From positions 14,386,001-14,450,000 of the forward strand of contig NC_087251.1 of the NCBI RefSeq assembly GCF_037042905.1: a stretch of 64,000 nucleotides of DNA, in the 5' to 3' direction. The translations under genes were made by a program, and so were the position numbers. This stretch comes from Lytechinus pictus. Lineage: Eukaryota. Shown piece by piece: positions 40,401 to 52,400 of the stretch. Every line of letters starts with the position of its first letter. Positions within the stretch are counted from its first letter, which is position 1. The notes beneath the pieces were generated by a model. That model made no database searches. It was given only the letters and a program-made list of their open reading frames with translations, and was not told where the DNA came from.

Positions 40401-43400
40401 CAGATTAATACGAACAAATGCAATCAAATGTAAACTTCCATAGCCAGTAATGCTGCAGTCACATTTCCCCTATGGTGTCCGCACGGTGAGTCGTAAAAAC
40501 AGCCGTTTAAGGGATTTCTATACAAACAACATACAAGAAACTGCTATAAAACTGATAAACACTTCTGATTTTGACTTGTCGTACAGCCATCTTAGGCGAA
40601 TGTGAATGCGCCATTATTTATCAAAATGGACAGACATAACAGAAAATTATTCAGATTGGATTTACATGTACACTACCTTTTTAAGATATAAATTGTCATA
40701 TATTTTCATCAGTTCTTGCCATTTCTAGCAATTAATTGGAACATTGCATGCAGAAAGTATATACAAAGTAGTCAAATATGAACATATCTTCAGAATGATA
40801 AAAGAAAGAACCATAATCTGAAAAAAATCATCAAATACATGTACATGTAGGTCTTGCTTGAGGAGAAAGTTGAAGAACTAGTTCTTTTAAAAATTCCATT
40901 ACTGACCAATTTATGCACAGATATATTTTTTCTTTCAATAAAAGAAAAAAAAAATTATCATGTGAGTTATTTTGTGATGTACATTATATGATGACGCCTT
41001 GAACAACATTTTGATTCGTGTATGATGTAGATGTAGGGATTTCCAAACAACAAATACAGAAATGCAAGACTATGTTTCTCGTGAATGACAACTTCATGTA
41101 CAATGATTTAATTACGTATACCCTGTACATATTTATAGTTCAGAATATATACTTTTATACATGTACATGTGACTTAACCCTTATTTAACTGGCTGATCTT
41201 TTTACTTTCAAGACTTGCGCATCTTTTTTTAAGACCAAATTTGTGATGCGCGGGTACACAGTTCCGAAATTTTATGCAAGAATTTGTACTAAAAGTGCAT
41301 GTCAGAACCAAAATTGCTCAAATACATTATTTCATGTACAAAGTTAATACAAATTGTGTTTTCAACCAAAAATTATAAATGTACAGTATGTTTATTTTTT
41401 CTTTTGCTGGTTTGAATGGATTTGTTCTATGTTGTTTATAATCACAGAAGAGTCCCCAACAAAGTTCATTAAAAAATTAATAAAAAACAAAGAAATACAT
41501 TTGAAATTTAATACATAGGATATAAATGTTTTTGTAGATATTTTTATTTTTTTAGATATTTGTTAAAAATATCAAAGTCAATGTTTTCACAAAAAGGGCC
41601 ATTATACTAGCTATTTAAAGTGAGTTAAAGGCGAAAACTTGATTTCATACACTAATTTGCATGATTCATTTCTTACAATTTTAAGCAAATATTTTGAAAA
41701 TTTTATTTTATTGTCTGTAGTTTACATCTGGCTCTATGCGCATGCAAAATTTTTGCGGCAATTGCGCGATCAGTGGCCGAGATCAGTAAAAACTGGGACT
41801 AAAATTGCCAAGTTAAATTAGGGTTAAACTCTTTTAACATTACTTTTTGCTTTAGCCATGTTAGCAATTGAGAAGCACTGTCTTTTCTTTTTAATCCTGG
41901 AAGTATGATACACATGAATCATACATGTATTATCTATATGCTTGTCAGTACATTTAAGGATGAATTACTTTTAGCCTAGTATTGCAAAGAGCAAACAGAG
42001 GGTAATCTGCCACTATTTTACAGAAAATACAAATCTTGATAGGAAGATTAACATATCTTGTGTTTTGTTTTTCTTATCAGAAGATTTTACATATTCATGT
42101 TCCTGTAACAACTAACGTCTTGAAATTCAATGTGTAATATATTTTCATGAACTGTACACTACATGTATGTGAGACTTTTGTTGTCAGTACACTACTAGAT
42201 CTTACAGAACAGAGCCTGTACCTCCACAATACATTGCAGTATGCACACGTACATGTATGTAAGTTTTATTTCGAAAATTTTCAAAATCTGTAAGTATGTC
42301 ATTTTTACTCTTGAAACAGCCATTTCAATCTATGATAATTTATTGGTGTGGGAAAGAGAGAAAATGATATGTATACATGTATATATGCATAAACATAACT
42401 TTTCTCAATTGAAGAGTGAACACAAATATCCATAAAATGACATTGCCTAGCAAAGACTTGTAAATCAGGTACATGAGAATACATCCTGGGCAAAAGGCAG
42501 CTCAGAAAAAAATAATAGTATGGGAGGAAACTATAAAAAAATAATATCAAATTTTGAAGAAAAAAAATGATAGAGAACATGAAAGGAATCCACATTAGAT
42601 ATGGTTCCCCACACACCATGATGTTGCGAAGGTTAAAAATTGATGTCTTTGAATATTGCCATGTTTCCTTCTTTGCAATGGCTGTTTTTCCCAGTGTTCT
42701 ATTACACAAGTTATACATTCACATGTATATTAGAAGATAATCAATAATGTCATACAAATGTTAAATCACATGTAATTCTCAGTGTATAAAATGTAGTGTA
42801 TGTGAATAAAGTGGGACAAAGGTATCAAATATATTTTTTTGTAAGAGCAGTTTGAGATTCATGATCCCCACAATTGGGAAACAATACATCTGATTACTGT
42901 GTTTGACAATTCATGCAAATTTTGACTGTGATAACATACAAGGTAAATGACAACTGTGCATTGTAATCTGTGCCAAATGAGTCCCCAAAATCATGCACAC
43001 TCGAATACCATCCAAATATATTTTTTTTAAATCATAAAACCAAGAATTGTTTCAGAGAGTTTATGGTCCTCTTTTGCATATGACACCAGACAGAAGCAAA
43101 AAATTGACATGTGTGTACTACTATGCAGCTTTTCAATAGTTCAATACATTAAGACTTAATACCGGGTAGTTTTGGTAATATGTACTATATACTTCATTAG
43201 AGATAACTTAATTGACATTGAACATGATACACATTGGACATTATGAGTTGTTAAAATGTGCATGGAGAACATCTTATTCATTGACCCAAAATAGGTACAT
43301 ACAACGTTTATCTAGTCAAGAGAAGAATACGAACAATTGAACATTAACTGTAGAGACACTACTGTGAGACACCTCATACTCAAACGATGCCAACCAGATC

Positions 43401-46400
43401 CATCACCACTGCCAATTCTTAAAATAAAAACTCAAAAGATATCAGAAAACCACTCATGATGTACGGTACCTCGTGTCCAACAGGCTGGACATCACTTCCT
43501 CCAGCATTTCAACCAGACTTGCATCTATCTGGATTCAACCTTGACTTTTGGCAAAGACTTCCGGTTTTCACATCACTATGAAGCGCCCATCGAGGCATCC
43601 TTTGGCCAGGTTACAAATTTCTAATGGGCATCGATGACATCAGCCATCATTCAAGAGCTTTTCACAGGAATCTTAATTACTTTTGGTACATTTAAAGGTA
43701 ATATTGAGAACATGAGTGTAAGAGTAAGTGGTGCATATATCAGCCTTCAAGATTGACCAGGATTTACCAGAACTGTCCAGATGCTAATGATGCCTCCAAA
43801 ATTTGTCTTTGTTCTTTAAGTACTGAAATAATTTGCATATATACATATGTGTAATATACTGATGGTGATTTCATTCTTTATACCTTCACATGTGTTTTTT
43901 TTTTTTTGGGGGGGTGCTGTTGTAAATGTGAAGAATCCTTTTTTTGTTAGTTTTGAAGATATCTTTTTAGGTGTTGTTTTATATGTACTTCCTGTGGTCT
44001 GTGTGTGATAATTGGAGGATGAATTTGTATTTACAGTGAAAAAGATTTTAAATTAAGCTCAAGATCTTTGAATTATTCCGAGGTCTATTTATTTTCTACT
44101 CATGAATGGTAATTGTCTGCTCTTCAGGGGATTCTTTTGATTTTTAAGTTGAAAAGAAAGTGCTGGTCAAGACTTTTTTTCATTCCACTTTTCATCATAC
44201 ACGTTTCAGCTTCCCATACATATTGTAAGAAGAGTAAGATATAAACCTTAAAAATATGATATAACCGCCCTTTTATCCCCATGAAGATCAGTGTAAATTG
44301 ATTTCTTATTGCAATTTTTGTACAGCTGCCCAAGGTCGTGCACTTCTTGAAGATCCCCCTGAACCTGCATACAATGGACCTACTCAAATGAGGAGGGATG
44401 GAGGTGGACCTCAGTATGGTGATTATGGTATGCATTTTTCTGTTATATGTTTGTTATGTTTTTTAATTTTTTTATGTGAGGAGGGGGGTTTATTACAAAA
44501 TGCATATTGAATTGCATGTAGGATTCTGAATACATATTGGATGTTTCCTGCTTTTAGTGGCTTCACTTACTCAAAAGGTTCGTAAATTTTTAAAAGGTTA
44601 TGACTTTTATTTGCTGCCTTTCCTTCTCATTTAGTTTCAACTCGATATTTATTTTGAATTACAACTGTATGTACTTCGTTGTTGTATATGTATTGCTTTA
44701 AAATTTGTTGTGAAAGGGATTTTATTTTGATCCTTTGCACGAAAACATGCAAGAATCATTCTCAACTACTACATTGGTGAATTTGTGGTGTCCCCTTCAA
44801 TGGTATTTTCTTATGTGTTTTAAATTCTTACATGTAAGTTGATTGTGTGTATAAGTTAGTAATAAGTGTGTGCACTCAATATAGTGTGCATGCACTTGCA
44901 TCTATTGTATTCATATTCATGTTATACCTGTATGTCATATGTTCAGTCTAATAACTTTACAATCAACCATTTTGAACTTGTTTATTTGGTGTCATTTTTA
45001 AAGGAATGCAAGGTCCTCCCCAGGGTGGACGACGTGGTGGACCTCAAGGTTACCATGATCAGGGCTATGGACCAGGAGGACCCCGTGGGTACCCTGCTGA
45101 CCGTGGAGATTATGGTTACGGTGGTGGACATGATATGATGGGCATGCAGTCCCCTCAGATGCACCAGCTAGGCAATGGTAACCCAGTGATTATGGTCTAC
45201 AACATGAACCCCAATCAGATGAACTGTGACAAACTCTTCAATCTCCTCTGCCTCTATGGCAATGTCATGAAGGTGAGAACATTTTTTTCTTCCCAGAAAC
45301 TTCCAGATGCATATTTTTTCACCCTTTAAAAAAAAAGATTAATACTTAATTGTGCCCTTCAAAACGAAGTTACATTGGTCCGATCATTAGCTTTTATACA
45401 TGTAACAGCAAAATTTTCAGTAGTTCATTGAACATCTTGAATCGAAAGACTAATTTACTCATGTGCTTGTTTCACTTGTTGCATTTTTACATGGCTAATA
45501 TGGTTTTTTAGATGACTAAGAATATAATGTCAAAATAACTTGTCACACAATGTTTCTATCATAGAAGTTGTTGAACTTGTAAATAAATGGTGAGAGATAC
45601 TGGTCTATGTTCCCTACCAGATCAAGTTTATGAAGAGCAAGCCTGGTTGTGCTATGGCCGAGATGTCAGATGCCCTATCAGTGGAGAGAGCTATTACTAA
45701 TCTTAGCAACATTGAGTTCTTTGGCTCTGCTGTCCAGCTTTCGTAAGTTTTATAAATCAGAATTTTACCCCCATTCGAACTAAAGACATGCCTGTTGCTC
45801 TATTTCATTTTGGGGAGAGGGGATGTTCATTTAACTGTTCATAAGTATACAAATGATGCATGGGTTAGAGTGGGTCAGTAGGAACTGTGTGCACAAGGTA
45901 ACTTTGGCATGGTTTAACCCACGAGGCGCAGCCGAGTGGGTTTAGACCATAATGCCAAAGTTACCGCGTGCACACAGTTCCACTGACCCACGAAAGAAAC
46001 CCATGCATCATCTGTTTTATAGAATGGAAAAATTTTATTGAATAAACCACAAAAATTAATGATTTACCGGATGCATGATAATTTCATGCGTCCAGTAAAT
46101 TCAATTTACTGGACGCATGAAAATATTTACTGGACGCATGATTTTTTTTACTGGACGCATGATTTTTTACCGGATGCATGAAAATTCCAAAATGTAATGC
46201 AGACCCTTTGATAACCCTGGAAAACATAAATATGTATGCCTAACTTGATAATATGTTGGCACAAAGGCATCATTATACCCAAAATGCCAGATACAGCTTT
46301 GCATTGACTAGATCTATGAGGCAGCCATAGCTGTGTGTGTATACCGGGGCCGCTCCGGTGGCCAGTGCCTACGGCTGCCTGGGCCCGCACTGGAGATTTG

Positions 46401-49400
46401 GCTGTGCACAGCCAGCCCAGGGCAGTGCCAGTAGATCTATAAACGTTAGATCGTATGTCTGGACTTCTCAACTAACGAGTATGCAGGCAGTTTTAATCCC
46501 TATGACAATTACGGTAACGTATTTGTACTTACAGATCATTTTGCATCCTTTATTTGATTCATTCTGCCTTGATCGAAAATTCAAAATTTTGACGTAAACA
46601 AGCGTAACAGTACATGCGCGATGACATCACAATGACCTTTTCGGACGATAGCTTGTTTACAGTGGATATCGTTTTTATTATCGGGATATCGTTCATGCAG
46701 CCCAGTAAAAATTCTTGCATTGCTCTCAACCAATCAGATTGCAGGGATTTTCCCATCCATTCTATAATACCTCATAATGTAATGCACGATGACACGTTCA
46801 TTTGCAAAACGACATACCCCAAATTTCCCTGGTGTTCTAACAAAGTTGACTTAATTTAATTAACCGTAATCAAATTTTGATAGACAATAAACTTTTATCT
46901 CAAAGCTTATTTACAAGAAGAATTTCAATCTGCGTAGATCGTATTTCAACTCTGGCTTACGAGAATCTGATTATAAAACAACCAAGAACATGTTCCATTT
47001 GGGTTTAATGTATGGAAAGCTTTATGAAGCATCCCCCATTTTATTTAGCATAAAGCAATCTTACTTTGAGACATTAATAAAGTACAAGCTACATGTAAGA
47101 ATTGAAAAAAAAATGACTACTGTGCCATCTCACCCCCTTGTGTTCATGTTGAACAAATGTCTGGACATTTTGAAATGACAGTAACAACAAAAAAGAAGAC
47201 ATGGAGAAGAATTAGTTGCCATTGCGAATGTGCATAATCATGATCAATTTTAATTATCTTGTTTACTGCAGTTTCTCCAAGCAAAGCTCTGTTGCCCTGT
47301 CTCAGGTGCCAGGTGAGCTTCATGATGGTACACCTTCCTGCGTGGACTACACCAAGAGCCGTAACAATCGCTTCAGGAACAAGGAGGCAGCAAGCAAGAA
47401 CCATATCCTTTTATCACCATATTCATTTTGGGATGGATGGAGTGGGGTATAAAGATATTTGTATCATTTTAGTAAACTTTAAGTGTTTACCGGTTCACCA
47501 TGGAAAATGTTTGCTGAGCTTTGTCTCATACAGAGTACACACCCCATTCAAAAGAACACATTCATGCTTGATTTGAGATATCTTTATTAATTAAATTAAG
47601 TCAATATTTAACTGTTTGCCCGCCACGTACACAATCTCCCTGCACCACATTCAGTTTTAGGGGGTTCGTTTGTACTCTCTTTATTCAACTCGTAACTTTT
47701 GATAAGTATATTTTTATGAAAAATTTTGTGTAGTAATATTGAAGAGAAATATTTTTTTCTATGTTTGATATTGTAGATTTTGTAAAGTTCAAACTATAAA
47801 TGCGGTATTCAAGCTTTCATATAGAAGGGTATTCCATTCCTCTTATATAATACGTTATATTGAATTTTTATTTTTTTAGTTCAGTCAGAATATGTGTTCA
47901 TGAACTTTCATTGCTTCCCAAGTCCTGAAGGTTACACTGTGCCTGGCAATTTGAAACCGGCTTTCAAAAGTGACAATAAACTAAATAAACTAAATTCTAA
48001 GGTGCTTTTGAATAGATTTCCCATCTTTTCATAGTACTCTGGGTTCTTTTGAATAGACTTCATGTCTTTTCATACTTAATGCCCTTATTGTTGTTGTATC
48101 AAGTATTACTGTGTATCATTCTCAATTGCATGGAAAGCTGTGCAAGCTATTAGAATTGAAAGGAATGAATACAAGAACTTATTGATTTTCCCAACTACTC
48201 ATTTTGTTCTATACATTCAATTAACTACTTTTCAAAATCAATGTTTATATTATATTTATCAATTAACCTCCAGTTTAATTCAGTTTCCATTCAATTTCTA
48301 CTAGTTCACAATTATCCAATTGCAATTATTGATGCATCAACGATTATAGTTACTTTTGCAATTATTAATGAATTTGAATTTGCATTTTAATCATACTATT
48401 AGGTATTTCTATTCAACAATACTTGCACTTATTAATTATTATTCATTTCAATGATATGTATTCCATTTTTAATGTATTATTATTATTATTATTTTATTCG
48501 GCAATGTATTGATTTATTTTAATGTATATGTAAATGCATCACAATTCGGCTTTGCCGCCATGATGTATGAGTTTTATCAAATAAACCATTTATCTATCTA
48601 TCTATCTACATGTAATAGGTGAGTCTTGAACATAATGTAGGCCTATGTTTTTAAATGTACAAGTTATAGATTGAAGTATTCCTGGTGAACAATTTTAAAG
48701 TATGTTTGTTATTCATCATACTGTAGGGACCATTTTAGTTCATCAGAATGTTTCTGAAAGCAGTTGAAAAAAGAATTCTTGAAAAAACTCAATGTAGACA
48801 AGTGTCAGCTGTGTAATGGATGCTGGATGTGTGTAAAATGCAATGCATGCTTTGCTACCAGTAATTGTACATAGAGCAGTGGGTGTGCATTGTGAATGAA
48901 ATGAGACTTGAGTCAAAGTTGGCAGGCAATGAGTTAAGGGTTTTTCGTACCATCCACAAGTGGTGTGAAGAAGGTATTTCCAAGTACTGAAAATTTGACA
49001 CTGGCTTTTCCACCTTACGACAGTATTGAAATCATTAGTGTTTGCTTTCCTTGACTCCTCCATTACGTATTCAGCAGCCATCCAAGGTTCTGCATTTCTT
49101 CAATGCTCATCCAGAAAGTACTCCACAGACCATCAAACAGGTTTGTCAAGATTCTTTCCTTCAAAGTAGCTTGATAAATTAAAGCTGGATTTGATATATC
49201 ATCTGTTCTTATTGTCATTATTCTCCACTAAATGTGTGTAAGGGTAACACATGTATAGAGGAATTTGTATATTTCCTGTGTTTTTTTTAGGTCCATGTTA
49301 CATTACTTGAGAACTATGTGAAATGTGTCTAACGCGTGCTGCATGCATAATGCTTAGGGAATGCTTGTTAAATTTGAGGGGATGGTTAAAAAATATTTCA

Positions 49401-52400
49401 TGTTGAAAACATCTCTTGGTTTATAGAGACAATTTACATGTATGTGATCATGGTTTTTGTTCTAGATTTTATTAAAGAAAAAATATGTATGAATATGCAA
49501 AACATCAGATGGTGTTAGGGCAGAGGCAAAAATCCACCTTGTTAGGAATCTTAGTATTGATCTTAGATATAAATCTGTATATGATTCATGAGTATGATTC
49601 ATATGATTCGTTTTTTTATTTTAATAGGTCTTTATCAATGCTGGTGCCAATGAGCCAATCGCTGTGAAGATGTTTGACCAGAAGTGTAAGTATTATCAAG
49701 CCTTTTTAAAGTTAATTAGATTAATTTCCAACCTACGTTGTTATGATAGTATCCATATTGTTGTTTTCAGTCATTGTAAAAAAAGAAGTAGGTGTGTAAA
49801 GATTCAAAGTTACATTTATAATATTCTAATGGCAGGACAGATTTCATTAATTGACAATTGTTATGGTAATAATCAAATATTTCATATATCGCTACAAAAT
49901 ATTTAAGTCTCTATGCCAAATAATAATGCAAAGAATAAAAAAGGGAGAATATTTTGTTTCATAATTCTACAATGCAGATATGCATGAATTGAAAAAAAAA
50001 CAATGAGAAGTTCTGAGTAGTTCCTCTCCTGCAAAAAAAAAGAAGACAAAAGATACTAGATGTGTGTAATAATACCCTTTCCCCCGTATTTCTTTCTCAC
50101 GGTTTGTGAAAATTATGGAGATGTGATTTAGCGTGGGGAAATATGTTGCGCCTTGTTTCAATTCTGATGATGTTAATGGTAATTATGATGAAAAATTTAT
50201 ACAATGGAGCTACTTTATATACTGTGATATAATAGTGCAAACTATAATATGAATTGAGCTGAAGTTATTTTAGAGTAAACACAAATCTTGGAAATTAGGA
50301 ACCATCTAAAGGAGACATAAATTTGAAAATTGATTCACTAATACTTGAAAGTCAACCATAGCAGATCTTTTGAGACATGAGATACTCAGTCGAGAGTCTG
50401 ATTACTTTAGTTCTGGCTTATCCAAGTAAATAGTTATTCCTCAAAATTAATGACGGAGGTGTCGTTGAATAGGATGATATACATGTAGAAGAACAACGGC
50501 AGATATGAGATGAAAATTGATGTTCATTTCTAATATATGATTAATATATTATTTGATTATTATATGCAATAGATTCCTAATTCAAAAGAAATGAATTGGA
50601 ATGGTTTCAATTACTTTTCATGTGTCATTAATATATGATTAACTAATTCTTAATTTTCAATGATGAATATAAGTGTGATAGCTTATAATGTATACCATGC
50701 ATGCTCTAAACAAACATAAAGACATCTTACATCTCTTAATTCAATATCTCCATGCTCAGCTCGGGATCAAGATTCCTCCAAAGGTAGAGTGCAAATATTT
50801 ATTCTTCCAATATAAACTTCTCTCTTGCTTTCACCAACAAAGACATGAGCATACACATAAAAATGATTCTTATTACCGTATTTTTCGGAATATAAACCGC
50901 GGCCGTGTATTAACCGCACCCCCAAAATTGGGAGGCTAAAAAATTAATTAAAAAAAATTGACAAACCAAGTTTGATAGCATTTTGGGTATGCCAATTTTA
51001 CTGAAAACCTATGAAAGACAAAAATATACATTACTAAGTTTTGTATTTTAAAAAATGGTTACTTCATTCTTTAACTTTATTTTTCAAAGAATATGAATTA
51101 TTTCTTTGTAGAATAAAAAAAAAGACCATGAAATGGCAGTATTGTATATCAAACGTATAGTCTAAAGACGGAAAAAGAAACAAAAAATGTTGAGAGAAAA
51201 TGAGGGGAAAAAATGAAGAATAGAGGACATTATTTATTGCCTGTTTTCTAACCGATTACGATTACGATCAATTACGATTACATGCCTATTGTAAAGCATT
51301 TTCCATGCATTTTTTAGGTGTATAAAAATGAGTTTTCATTACAAAACAACAAGGGTTCTTTTAAGGAAAAGGAGACCATAAAATGGCATTTTTGAATATC
51401 AAAATTATGGTATAAAAAGGGAAAGTTTTTTTTTAATATTGAGAGAAATAAAGAAAGGACATTATTTATTGCCTGTTTTAATAACCGATTACGATTACAT
51501 GCCTATTGAAGAGCTTTTTCCATGTAATTTTAGCTGAAAAAAGTTTTCATCACAAAACAATCAGGTTTTTTTTAGGAAAACATGATTAAATTGATAGTAA
51601 TTAAATAAATAATATAAAACAACCTTTACGAAGAAGATTTTTCAAAGAAAACTTCGCAAAATATACTCTCTATTTTTAGTAACCAACAAATAATTATACA
51701 TTAAATATTCTATATAATTTTTGGTTGGTTGCTAACGTTAATTACCGAAGAACATTGACAGTTTACTGATGACATTTTATTGTTTCTTTGGATAAACCGC
51801 ACCCAATTTTTTAGGATTACAAAGCGGGAAAAAAGGTGCGGGTTATACACCGGAAAATACGGTAGATGAAATAAAACACTTGCTCAAATGTGATTCTCAT
51901 TGATGTCCAAAATGATATGTTACACAGAGCTGCCAACTGATTGAAAAATCACAGATATCGAAGGGGAATACTATAATACAACAGCACCTCTGAAAAGTGT
52001 GAATTATGGTGGACAGGCGGTGTTGGCTTTTCTTATGTAATCAATGGAAAGCATGCGTATGTCTGTAGATAACTTTAGTTGCACAGTTGGCGCACATACC
52101 AACAGACTATCCTGAATTCTAGCCATGTGTGCTTTTCATACGCAAGAAGCATGGCGAAATAACTGCATGTGGGTGCTGCAGTTAAATGCGCCGATGTCGA
52201 TGAGTATTCCTTTATGTCAAAATAGCTGTGGCATTATAGCATGGTCTGACCGTACACCTGGGGGGTGTTTCATGAAAGGACTTGTCGGACGTTTTATCCG
52301 ACAAGTCCCATTTTATCCGACAGTTACCATAGGAACATTGCCTCTCAGCCAATCAAAATCATGGAAAGATGTCAGATCTGACAAATTGTCGGTTGAAAAT

